DNA of 64,000 nt. Origin: an uncultured Thermococci archaeon. GTDB taxonomy: Archaea > Methanobacteriota_B > Thermococci > Methanofastidiosales > B48-G16. Each line of letters opens with the position of its first letter. Within the stretch, counting starts at the first letter, position 1. Shown here in pieces: positions 40,893 to 49,771 of the stretch. The notes under the pieces are model-generated. The model worked only from the letters and a program-made list of their open reading frames with translations, did no database searches and had not been told where the DNA came from. Where the stretch lies: contig CAZQQT010000010.1 in assembly GCA_964595645.1 (NCBI GenBank), forward strand, positions 28,871 through 92,870. The letters run 5' to 3'. A program made the position numbers and the translations under genes.

Positions 40893-41204
40893 ATGTCAGA
40901 AGGATATGATCATACCATCATACACTCACTCCGAAAAAGTAAAAATAGGAGGGCTGTATTGAACTATCTCGTCAAGATTTATCCCAAAAAAGCGTATGCA
41001 TCAGAAATCGCACGAAGGACAGGAGTGAGATTAAATGAGGTATGCGGTGCGTTAAAAGGTTCCCCAAATAGATATAAGAAGAAATATTCACTTGTAGAAC
41101 TTGATCTGGTACGTTTGGAAGAAGAAAATGGAAGATCTCTCTATTTTGCGACAGAACTAGGCCATGAAGTTTATAGGCATATGTTCAAACAGAAAAAGCA
41201 GTGA
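40893..41204 (+). CDS. EarA-like (DUF1495) winged-helix regulator
   Basis: SLRKSKNRRAVL.YL..IYP..AY.SEIAR...V.GALKG...RY....SLVEL.LV; start moved to ATG 40893. Confidence 0.78.
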   Translation: MSEGYDHTIIHSLRKSKNRRAVLNYLVKIYPKKAYASEIARRTGVRLNEVCGALKGSPNRYKKKYSLVELDLVRLEEENGRSLYFATELGHEVYRHMFKQKKQ

Positions 41205-41231
41205 TCGTGTATCTGTCTTATCTTTATAGAA

Positions 41232-41270
41232 TACTCACTTGAGTACTCAATTGAAGAGAAAGCTTTTATA
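41232..41270 (+). promoter_or_regulatory. Overlapping palindromes followed by BRE/TATA
   Basis: TACTCA-CT-TGAGTA (41232-41245), TTGAGTACTCAA (41239-41250), GAGAAAGCTTTTATA (41256-41270). Confidence 0.55.
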
Positions 41271-41616
41271 CCCACGCAAATTTAAACAATTTACCATCGA
41301 AAAGATGGTATATGCTAAGGGGTCAGATATGGGGGTGTGGGAGGCCTCCATTCTTTTCTCCCCTTACTTCATTGATACTTGTTGTGTCTCCTGACAGACA
41401 TGATATAGATTTTCTATGTATGTAGTCTTTCGATAGATTTTTATATGAAAAATCTTATTTCTCATGAAGAGCACATGACAAAGGATACAAACTCTCATTT
41501 ACGTTCCCAAGGCGGTGCATTATATGCTCAAAGTAGATATAAAAGAATTTATTTTGAAAGAAAAGATAATTTTATTTTCAATACTGAAAAAAATATTTTC
41601 ACCGCCTTCAACCTTC

Positions 41617-42816
41617 ATGAAAAGTTATTTTATATCGAATTCTAAAGATTTACGGGAAACATCTTTCGCGCTTCTGTTCACCACCTTTGGCAATCTCCTC
41701 ACCGGCTATTTTATGGCCGTGTACTCATCAAAACTGGCGGTGATACCCGCTCTTTTAATTCTTATTCCCGGTGCAATTGCCATGAGAGGAAATATTTTTG
41801 GAGCTTTTGGATCACGACTGGGATCATATCTTCATTTAGGACAAATTGAGCCATATTTTAAAAAAACAACAATTTTAAGTCAAAATATTATCTCTTCTTT
41901 TTCTCTCAGCTTTTTTATGAGTCTTTTCTTGGCTGGAATGGCGGGTATTGCCGCCAATGTGTTGCATATTCCCTATAACTTCATCGATCTCGCTGTGATC
42001 TCCCTACTTGCAGGAGTAATTTCAGGAGTGTTCATGTTATTCCCCACAATTCTCATCGCCTTTTTAAGTTTCAGAAGAGGATGGAATCCTGACAACTTAG
42101 AAGCGCCCTTAATCACACTTTTTGGAGACATTCTTACCCTGCCCTTTTTGTTTCTCTCCGCAAATTTTGTACTAAAGATTACTCCAGTGTTGCGATATGT
42201 CTTCTTTACTGCGTTCATTCTTCTTTCCGTCATTTTTTTGTTACTTGGTCTCCGTACAAAACCGTACTCACGCGAAATTGTTATGGAGTCGCTCCCCGTG
42301 TTCCTCTTCTGCGGTGTGCTGAGTGCGATCTCAGGGAGCATCTTAAGCACGAAGGTGGAAGGACTTGTGCAGATTGCAGGCATATTCACACTTATCCCAG
42401 CATTTCTTGAGAATGGTGGAGCTCTTGGTGGAATTCTCTCTGCAAACTTTTCCTCTTGGCTCCATCTTGGTGTAGTGGATCCGACGATACTACCCTCAAA
42501 AAAAGTTGGTATAAAGTTTCTCAACACCCATCTAGTGGGATTGGTACCCTTCTCCCTCCTCGGCATTCTCGTTTATGGGGTGAATTCTCTCCTGGCAATT
42601 CCTACTCCTTCTCTTGAGACTCTTTTTTGGCTCACTGTTGTGGCTGGAGAGTCATTAATTCTTATGGTGAATCTCTTAACGCATTTTCTTTCTGTAGTAA
42701 CACATAGAGCACAGTTGAATCCAGACAATGTGGTAATACCATTGATCACGAGCTTTATGGACGTGTTGGGATCTTTCTCGCTCATGCTTTTTTTGGTTCT
42801 TTTTGGCGTGATCTAA
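41617..42816 (+). CDS. MgtE/SLC41-type divalent cation transporter (duplicated membrane domain)
   Basis: PGAIAMRGNIFG / PAFLENGGALGG; NPDN..P.IT...D twice; start moved to ATG 41617. Confidence 0.85.
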   Translation: MKSYFISNSKDLRETSFALLFTTFGNLLTGYFMAVYSSKLAVIPALLILIPGAIAMRGNIFGAFGSRLGSYLHLGQIEPYFKKTTILSQNIISSFSLSFFMSLFLAGMAGIAANVLHIPYNFIDLAVISLLAGVISGVFMLFPTILIAFLSFRRGWNPDNLEAPLITLFGDILTLPFLFLSANFVLKITPVLRYVFFTAFILLSVIFLLLGLRTKPYSREIVMESLPVFLFCGVLSAISGSILSTKVEGLVQIAGIFTLIPAFLENGGALGGILSANFSSWLHLGVVDPTILPSKKVGIKFLNTHLVGLVPFSLLGILVYGVNSLLAIPTPSLETLFWLTVVAGESLILMVNLLTHFLSVVTHRAQLNPDNVVIPLITSFMDVLGSFSLMLFLVLFGVI

Positions 42817-42823
42817 AAGGTAA

Positions 42824-43525
42824 TTATTTTAACAGCACAACGAAAATTATGACAACCAGCAGTATCACGATCCCGAATCCAAGATACAAATACTTCTCAT
42901 TATGGCGTGGCGTTTCTTTGACTGCGGTCTCATCCACTATAGATTCAGCATCTGTTTTTTCGAGTACAAGCTGTGGATTTCCATCGTTAAAGTTCAGTTT
43001 TCCCTCCCATGAGACAGCATCATCAGTCATGGTAGTAGGGTCTGGCTGAACACTGGCGATAGTGTATCCTTCCGGAATCGTTATCTTGAGTGTTTCGTTC
43101 TCCGAGAGGTAGTACCCACCTTCAAATACATCCCCGACCAGGAGTTTACCATTCTCTACTCTGGCGAAATTTGTCCATAGAAAACTATAGATAATATATC
43201 CTTTGTTTTCTTCTGTGGAAAAGGATACATTGAAGTTTGTTACTCGCATCTCCCTGTCGAGCGAGATTTCATCTATCAAGGTTTCGATTTCCATCTTGAA
43301 TTTCTGGAATTTTTCATCTTCTTGACGTTTGTACTCTTTTTTATATTCCCTAAACGCTGCTGATTCTACTTCGTTTTCAAGTGGTATTTCTCGGAGAAAA
43401 CTCCACTCTGCGTCACCATTTTCTTTCAACTGTACTCCAATGGTAGTTGTGTCCGATGTGAGTTGTGCGGTTCCCGTGGATACTATCACAAGGACTAGAA
43501 CAAGAAGTACCTGAGCTTTCTTCAT
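42824..43525 (-). CDS. Membrane-anchored extracellular-domain protein; HTH-less paralog of 44413..45306
   Basis: Signal peptide; WTNFA...VGDVFEGGYYL.ENE; C-terminal TM; GGTGA RBS before ATG 43525. Confidence 0.75.
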   Translation of the reverse strand: MKKAQVLLVLVLVIVSTGTAQLTSDTTTIGVQLKENGDAEWSFLREIPLENEVESAAFREYKKEYKRQEDEKFQKFKMEIETLIDEISLDREMRVTNFNVSFSTEENKGYIIYSFLWTNFARVENGKLLVGDVFEGGYYLSENETLKITIPEGYTIASVQPDPTTMTDDAVSWEGKLNFNDGNPQLVLEKTDAESIVDETAVKETPRHNEKYLYLGFGIVILLVVIIFVVLLK

Positions 43526-43558
43526 TTCTTTCACCAAAAAATAAAATAGGAGAGGACC

Positions 43559-44305
43559 TTACGGTCCTGGATGGGATGGTGTTGTGGTTGGCGGTCCATT
43601 TTCTTCTTCATCGTCATCTTCATCGTCATCAGAATGACTTGGTGTAGTTGTAGGAGGTCCTTTCTCCTCACCGTCTTCTTCTCCTTCTTCTTCACCCGGA
43701 TGGGATGGTGTAGTAGTAGGAGGTCCGTTTTCCTTTCCTTTCTCAGCCATTTCTTCTCCTTTCTCTTTTCCTTTCTCAGCCATTTCTTCCCCAAGCTTTT
43801 TCCCAGCTTCAGCCATTTTGAGACCGAATTCTTTGTTCTGTTCAGCGAGTTTCAGTGCATTTTCTTTCAGTTCCTGTGCCATTTCCATGTTCATTTCTTT
43901 CAGTGTTTCTCCAAGAGAGCCCATTTCCTCGGCTATAGCTCTGACTTTTCCAGCTAATCTCTGTATTTCAGCTTGGAATTCTTCTTCAGAGATTTCTCCG
44001 TTTCTGAGCATCTCGACAAGTTCTTCTCTTTCTTGGTTTATCTCATTTATTTCTTCGACGAGTTCTTCTTGTTTTTCGTTCACTACTTCCTCTCTAGCTT
44101 CACTGGTTTCCGCCATGAGTGTTTTGTGTTCGAAGATATAGTTCTTTATTACAGCTTCATGTTCCGAGAGTGCCTCACTAAACACAGCTCCAAGCCTTTT
44201 TCCTGGTTCCAATTCCTGCGTACCCTCTTCATCAGCGTACACGAGGGGGACCGCTAAGAGCACCATGCCGATAAGCCATAACGCTTTTGTTTTCATTTCT
44301 TTCAT
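43559..44305 (-). CDS. Secreted helical/coiled-coil protein with acidic repeat tail
   Basis: Signal peptide; PGKRLGAV; LRNGEISEEEF; GPPTTTPSH three times. Confidence 0.75.
   Translation of the reverse strand: MKEMKTKALWLIGMVLLAVPLVYADEEGTQELEPGKRLGAVFSEALSEHEAVIKNYIFEHKTLMAETSEAREEVVNEKQEELVEEINEINQEREELVEMLRNGEISEEEFQAEIQRLAGKVRAIAEEMGSLGETLKEMNMEMAQELKENALKLAEQNKEFGLKMAEAGKKLGEEMAEKGKEKGEEMAEKGKENGPPTTTPSHPGEEEGEEDGEEKGPPTTTPSHSDDDEDDDEEENGPPTTTPSHPGP
43570..43790. repeat. Intragenic repeats (GPPTTTPSH x3; EEMAEKGKE x2)
   Basis: Visible in both DNA and translation; boundaries approximate. Confidence 0.8.
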
Positions 44306-44412
44306 TTCTTATCACCTACTCATTCTCTTCTTTTTTACCTTTTTAAAACGTTTGAATGTTTTTATCGTTTATAAACAGTTTTTTTTGTTTCTAAAGCCAA
44401 TTATTTTATTTT

Positions 44413-45306
44413 TTAACTTATTTCTATTAGATTTTCTCTTCCTTTGAATATTTTTCTTATTTTTCCTTCTTTTTTCATTTCTTTTAGTAATTTAGATACC
44501 TTTGACTTTGAAAATCCTGATTTTTCTGTTAGTTCCTTTTGATATATTTGTCCATCGTGTTTTTTTATTATCTCTAGCAGTAACTCTTTATCTCCTAGAT
44601 TTCCAGTCTTTTTTCTCCTAGAAAAATAAAAATAGGCTATAATTAATGCTATAAAAATTATAGGAGTAGCAATAATAGCGTATTTCCTATAGTCTCCATT
44701 TTCTTCACCGTTTGGTTTTGTCACGGGTAGTTTTTTCTTAAGTACTACCCTTGGTCTTCCGGACTCAAAGTTGTACCGTCCCTCCCATGACACAGTGTGT
44801 TCTGTTGAAATATGGGGGGAAGGTTCCACGGAATGGAATTTATATCCTTCAGGTTTCTTTATGGAAAGTATCTCGTTCTCGGCAAGGTAGTATCCTCCTT
44901 CAAAGACATCCCCTACCACAAGTGTATCGTCTTCTTTCACTGCAAAGTTTGTCCAGGAAAATTGGTATTTTATCACACCGTAAGTATTTGTTACAGTACT
45001 CTCTTTTCCGTAGGATACAGAGAAGTCCTTTACCTCCATTTTTCTCTCTACTGGTACAGATTCTACTAAATTTTTCATTTTCACAATGAAATCTTCAAGC
45101 AGCTCTTCTTCAGGATTTTTTGTATATTCCTCAAATAACATTTCTTCTTTTTTATCCTTCAATAAGAAACGCTTTTCAACGGTCCACTGGGCAGAACCAT
45201 TCTCCTCTACCTCAATGGTAATTGATATTACTGGCGTTATCTCTTCTGTAGCAACACCCTGCCAGACCAATACTACCACAATTATGGCTGTCAGTATTTT
45301 CTTCAT
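44413..45306 (-). CDS. Membrane-tethered wHTH transcription regulator with extracellular domain
   Basis: Signal peptide, ectodomain, TM, then GQIYQKELTEKSGFSKSKVSKLL..M..EGKI.KI..GREN. Confidence 0.82.
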   Translation of the reverse strand: MKKILTAIIVVVLVWQGVATEEITPVISITIEVEENGSAQWTVEKRFLLKDKKEEMLFEEYTKNPEEELLEDFIVKMKNLVESVPVERKMEVKDFSVSYGKESTVTNTYGVIKYQFSWTNFAVKEDDTLVVGDVFEGGYYLAENEILSIKKPEGYKFHSVEPSPHISTEHTVSWEGRYNFESGRPRVVLKKKLPVTKPNGEENGDYRKYAIIATPIIFIALIIAYFYFSRRKKTGNLGDKELLLEIIKKHDGQIYQKELTEKSGFSKSKVSKLLKEMKKEGKIRKIFKGRENLIEIS

Positions 45307-45390
45307 CTGTTATGTATCTGGAGTAGAATTATAAAATTCTTTCCCATACCACACTCAAAAAATTTATATGCTTTCCCTAGTAAAAAATGC

Positions 45391-46131
45391 ATGTTGTACC
45401 TTATCGGCGTGGGACTCAGCGGAGATGATATCCCATATTCTGGTCTTCATGCGGTAAATAATTGTGACATTGTCTACTGCGAGTGGTACACGAACCTTCC
45501 AGGTACTGAGAGAGAGGAACTGGAGAAGATCCTCGATATGTCCATTTCGGTTGTCGGGAGAAAGGATGTGGAAGAAAAGGAGTTTATTATTAATGAAGCA
45601 GAGAGACATAATGTCGCGTTGTTGGTATTCGGCGATCCACTGGCAGCCACAACGCATATCGATCTGATGCTACGGGCAAAAAAGAAAGGAATCGACGTGA
45701 AGATAATTCATGCCGCCTCCATCTTCTCTGCAGTATCTGAAACGGGATTACAGCTTTATAAGTTCGGAAAGACGGTAAGTCTTGTGTACCCAGAGAAAAA
45801 TTATTCCCCCACGAGCTTTTACGATGCCGTTGTGTCCAATAAAGAGCGAGGGCTCCACACACTTCTCCTCTTAGATATAAAGGAGGAAGAACAACGATAT
45901 ATGAACCCCAACGAGGCGTTTGAAATTATTGAGGAGGCAGATGAAAAGAAAATTGTAGAGAGAATTGTGGCCATTTCTCGATTGGGAAGAGAGGATCAGC
46001 AGATAGTGTACGGGAGTATAGATGACCTGAAATCATTGACATATGGCGCTCCTCCTCACTGCCTCATTGTTCCGGGAAACCTCCATTTTCTCGAAGAAGA
46101 GTTCTTGGAATATTTTAAGGTGAAAAAATGA
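45391..46131 (+). CDS. dph5: Diphthine synthase
   Basis: LYLIGVGL, GDPLAATTH, GLQLYKFGKTVS, HTLLLLD, PPHCLIVPG.LH. Confidence 0.95.
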   Translation: MLYLIGVGLSGDDIPYSGLHAVNNCDIVYCEWYTNLPGTEREELEKILDMSISVVGRKDVEEKEFIINEAERHNVALLVFGDPLAATTHIDLMLRAKKKGIDVKIIHAASIFSAVSETGLQLYKFGKTVSLVYPEKNYSPTSFYDAVVSNKERGLHTLLLLDIKEEEQRYMNPNEAFEIIEEADEKKIVERIVAISRLGREDQQIVYGSIDDLKSLTYGAPPHCLIVPGNLHFLEEEFLEYFKVKK

Positions 46132-46409
46132 GAGAAATAACAGACGAAAAGCTGGAAAACTATATTAAAATTGCAGAAAAGTCCTTAAAAAAAGTTGAAA
46201 TTATTGTCCCTGAAAACTCACACCTGGAGAAAGCTGCACGGGACTTTCTTGATATGGCCGAACGATACTACAGAGATGCAGTACACTATAAGGAAAAAGG
46301 GGACTATGTTACTTCCTTTGCCGCACTCAACTACCTCCACGGCTACCTCGATGCTGGCGCGAGACTCGGAGTCTTTAAGACGGAGGACTCGGATCTTTTT
46401 GCTTTTTAA
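46128..46409 (+). CDS. DUF357 protein
   Basis: MAERYYRDA.HY...GD.VTSFAA.NY.HG.LDAG.RLG. Confidence 0.85.
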   Translation: MREITDEKLENYIKIAEKSLKKVEIIVPENSHLEKAARDFLDMAERYYRDAVHYKEKGDYVTSFAALNYLHGYLDAGARLGVFKTEDSDLFAF

Positions 46410-47452
46410 TAGAGCTCTGAGAGATCTACATTTTCTCTTACTATTTTTTCAGCTGCAGCTATCTTCTCTTTGTCTCTAGCTTCTATTTTTGGTCTAATGG
46501 CCTCAAACCGTTTTGATACCGAGTACGTATCCGGAGATACCAGCATGACAGGGACATTACGTTTTTCTGCCTTGGCAATTATCTGTGGACTCGGATATAT
46601 TCCCCCAGTAAGGATCAGGCAGGACGTAGATGTTTCTAGCGCGGCGAGCTGCATATCTGTTCTGTCTCCCCCCGTGATGATGGCTTTGTTCGCGTGTCTT
46701 CTCAGGTAGCTCAACGCACTATCAATATTCATAGCACCGATAAAGACCTTATCTATCCGTTTCCTCAATCCTTCTTCTCCAGTAAGGAGATTTGCACCGA
46801 GGATATCGACTACATCCTCAACGATGAGTCCAGCAAGCTCTTTTTCGTAAGGAAGAATACCCAATACGTCGATTCCTTTTCTTTTTAGAGGAGGGATTAC
46901 TATGTCTTCAATCTCTTTCTTCTCTTTTATCTTATTTATCACTACACCTGCAAGATTGACGCCTAAAAATTCAAGGTAACGGCTGCACAACATCGTTCCA
47001 TCGATTATCTCTTCTAAAGTCCCCTCTGCAACGATTACCGTCTTTAAGTCCAATACTCGTGCAATGTCTCCGGCTGAAAGACCGGCAGATATTCCATATG
47101 AGATATTTTCGGCCGATTCCACAATTACAGCATCCTTATCCTTTTCAATATCAGCAAATTGCTTCTTCAGTTTCCCTGTTATCGTGTTTTTTTCTTTTGG
47201 GTTATTCGATATTTTCTTGAGTATTTCTTCATACTCTCGAAATACAGAAATTTCCTCTTCTTTTTCTTTAAGATTCAGTACAGACTTGAAGAGTTTCGTA
47301 TCTTCATCGTAACTCCTGTCCTCGGCCATCATTATTTCGCTACTCAATGGCTTGAAATAACCTATTTTCTTCTTTGAATTCAAACTTATTCCTAATCCTA
47401 AGGCAGTTTTCCCTGCATTCTTTTTTATAGAAGATATTAACAAATTTTTCAT
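46406..47452 (-). CDS. BioD-like/DRTGG (phosphotransacetylase N-terminal-like) protein
   Basis: NAGKT, GYFKP, GVVINK, IGAM, ITGGDRTD, LTGG; start moved to MKNLL. Confidence 0.85.
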   Translation of the reverse strand: MKNLLISSIKKNAGKTALGLGISLNSKKKIGYFKPLSSEIMMAEDRSYDEDTKLFKSVLNLKEKEEEISVFREYEEILKKISNNPKEKNTITGKLKKQFADIEKDKDAVIVESAENISYGISAGLSAGDIARVLDLKTVIVAEGTLEEIIDGTMLCSRYLEFLGVNLAGVVINKIKEKKEIEDIVIPPLKRKGIDVLGILPYEKELAGLIVEDVVDILGANLLTGEEGLRKRIDKVFIGAMNIDSALSYLRRHANKAIITGGDRTDMQLAALETSTSCLILTGGIYPSPQIIAKAEKRNVPVMLVSPDTYSVSKRFEAIRPKIEARDKEKIAAAEKIVRENVDLSELY

Positions 47453-47454
47453 AT

Positions 47455-49560
47455 TTACCCACCTCTTAATGTCATTCGTGCATCTACTATTTTGCACCCC
47501 TCTTCCAATACAATTAGCGGGTTTATATCCATCTCAACTATTTCTGGAAACTCGCAACTGAAATACGAGAGCGTTGATATTGTTTCTGCGAGAGCGTTGA
47601 TATCCTTTCGTTTTTCGCCCCGTACTCCATAGAGCAGTGGGTAGGCTTTTATATCATCGATCATATCGAGGGCCTCCTTTTTCGTGATAGGCGCAACCCG
47701 AAATGCGACATCTTCAAGGACCTCCACGTAGATACCACCAAGGCCGAACATCACGACAGGTCCGAACTGTGGGTCGTTGGAGCTGCCCACGATGGTCTCA
47801 AGACCTGATTCTACCATTTCATTGACGAGAATTCCCTGAATTGTTGCGTCGGGGTAACTCTTTCTCGCTCTATGCAGTATCTCTTTATATGCTCTTTTTA
47901 CTTCTTCTTTGCTTTGTATTCCTACCTTTACTCCACCAACATCACTCTTATGAATAATATCTTCAGATGCTATTTTCAGCACTACTGGATATCCTATCTT
48001 TTCTGCGGCTTCCATAGCTTCGTTGAGTGTCGAGGCGAGTTTATATTGAGGTACTGCCAGTCCACACGCAGTTAAAATACCCTTTGCTTCATGTTCAAGA
48101 AGTTGTAGTCTCCCTTGTTCCTCTACTCGATCTATTATAGATGATATTTTTTCCTTTTCCATTGCAACTCCTCCTTTTGACTCGAATTTTTTTCTTTTTG
48201 AAAATCGCCACCATTTATAAAGCGATGCCATTGTTGATACAGCCGTTTCGGGTTCTTCAAATGAAGGAACTCCATCCTTATTCAGTTTCACGATCATTTC
48301 TTCTCCTTCTTCTCCACCAATGAGACTGACCACTACAGGTTTCCTGCTTTCTGCATTTTTTACCTCTTTTATGATATACTCCGCGAACTTCTCTGTGTTC
48401 ACTGTGGCAGCCTTGCAGTATAAAATAATAATTGAATCCACCTTTTCCTCTTCCAATGCCTTTCTCAGAATGACTTTGTACGCATCCTCTTTGCTTTGTC
48501 CTGTGATATCGATGGGATTTTTGGTAGAACCAAACTCGGGAATGAGTGACCCAAATGTCTCTTCTAGATATTGGTAGTCGTCTAGAAGCTTGATTCCTTC
48601 CTTCTCACAGGCGTCGGTAGCTAGAACACCGACACCTCCTCCATTAGTGATGATGAGACAGTTTTCTCCCTTTGGTTTTGGTGAGAGGCTCAGCATTCTC
48701 GCCCAGTTGAAGGCCTCCTCCATCGTAGTGGCACGGAGAATGCCACTTTGCTCGAATGCAGCAGAAAAGACTTTATCACTTCCTGCGAGGCTTCCTGTAT
48801 GCGATGCTGCAGCCTTTGCACCCTTCTTTGTTCTTCCGGATTTTATTGCTATTATGGGTTTTTTCTTACTTGTTTTTTTGGCTATTTCAAGGAATTTTCT
48901 CCCTTTTTTAAGCCCCTCAATATATAAAAGGATCACACGTGTGTTTTCATCCTGGGCAAAGTATTCTAAGAGATCGGAGTCACCAATATCGGCTTTATTC
49001 CCTACGCTCACCACAGCAGAGAGCCCAATGTGTTCTGCTCGCGTTTTATCCATCAGTGCAATCCCAATGGCACCACTCTGTGTAATAAACGCAATATTCC
49101 CCTTTAAGATATCTCGAGGGCCAAAAGTAGTATTCATATTATGAGGGGTGTACACAACGCCGAATACGTTTGGTCCCAAAATTCTCATTCCATACTTCTT
49201 TGCTGTTTTTACAAGTCGGGTTTCTGTTTTTGAGTCTCCCACTTCAGAAAACCCAGAGGAGATAACAACCACTGCCTTCACTCCCTTTTTTCCACACTCT
49301 TCCACTACTTCTGGTACGAACTTCGCGGGAATGGCGATGACAGCAAGATCTATATTGTTTTTCACATTTAACACGGATTTATAGGCTTTCATACCTATTA
49401 TTTCTTCTCTCTTTAAATTGATGGGGTAAATTTTTCCTTTATAGCCGTATTTTATAATATTTTCTATAATTTCATACCCTATTTTTCCTTCCACAGAAGA
49501 AGCACCAATCACAGCGATGCTGTGGGGAGTGAACAATTCCTGAAGTGACATTATATTCAC
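47455..49560 (-). CDS. ADP-forming acetate/acyl-CoA ligase, alpha-beta fusion
   Basis: AVIGAS, ILGPN, QSGA, SHTGSLAG (phospho-His), TNGGG, HKSDVGGV, FGLGGIYVE, DINP. Confidence 0.92.
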   Translation of the reverse strand: MNIMSLQELFTPHSIAVIGASSVEGKIGYEIIENIIKYGYKGKIYPINLKREEIIGMKAYKSVLNVKNNIDLAVIAIPAKFVPEVVEECGKKGVKAVVVISSGFSEVGDSKTETRLVKTAKKYGMRILGPNVFGVVYTPHNMNTTFGPRDILKGNIAFITQSGAIGIALMDKTRAEHIGLSAVVSVGNKADIGDSDLLEYFAQDENTRVILLYIEGLKKGRKFLEIAKKTSKKKPIIAIKSGRTKKGAKAAASHTGSLAGSDKVFSAAFEQSGILRATTMEEAFNWARMLSLSPKPKGENCLIITNGGGVGVLATDACEKEGIKLLDDYQYLEETFGSLIPEFGSTKNPIDITGQSKEDAYKVILRKALEEEKVDSIIILYCKAATVNTEKFAEYIIKEVKNAESRKPVVVSLIGGEEGEEMIVKLNKDGVPSFEEPETAVSTMASLYKWWRFSKRKKFESKGGVAMEKEKISSIIDRVEEQGRLQLLEHEAKGILTACGLAVPQYKLASTLNEAMEAAEKIGYPVVLKIASEDIIHKSDVGGVKVGIQSKEEVKRAYKEILHRARKSYPDATIQGILVNEMVESGLETIVGSSNDPQFGPVVMFGLGGIYVEVLEDVAFRVAPITKKEALDMIDDIKAYPLLYGVRGEKRKDINALAETISTLSYFSCEFPEIVEMDINPLIVLEEGCKIVDARMTLRGG

Positions 49561-49710
49561 TTGTTTGAGGATATTTTAAATATTTTTCTCAATATCTTTG
49601 TATCGCACTTACTCTACGTTTTGCCCATTATAGTGTATGTCTATGAAATTAAATGAATGTGATTTTCATATAATTGTCCAGTACATTTTTAAAAGTGGAG
49701 TGTCCCTCCA

Positions 49711-49726
49711 TCGAAACTTTTAAATA
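49711..49726 (+). promoter_or_regulatory. BRE/TATA promoter of the dpp operon
   Basis: TCGAAACTTTTAAATA; RBS AGGAGGT before 49772. Confidence 0.6.
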
Positions 49727-49771
49727 TACCACTACGAATAGTAGTACGCATTATAAAAAGGAGGTAAAAAG

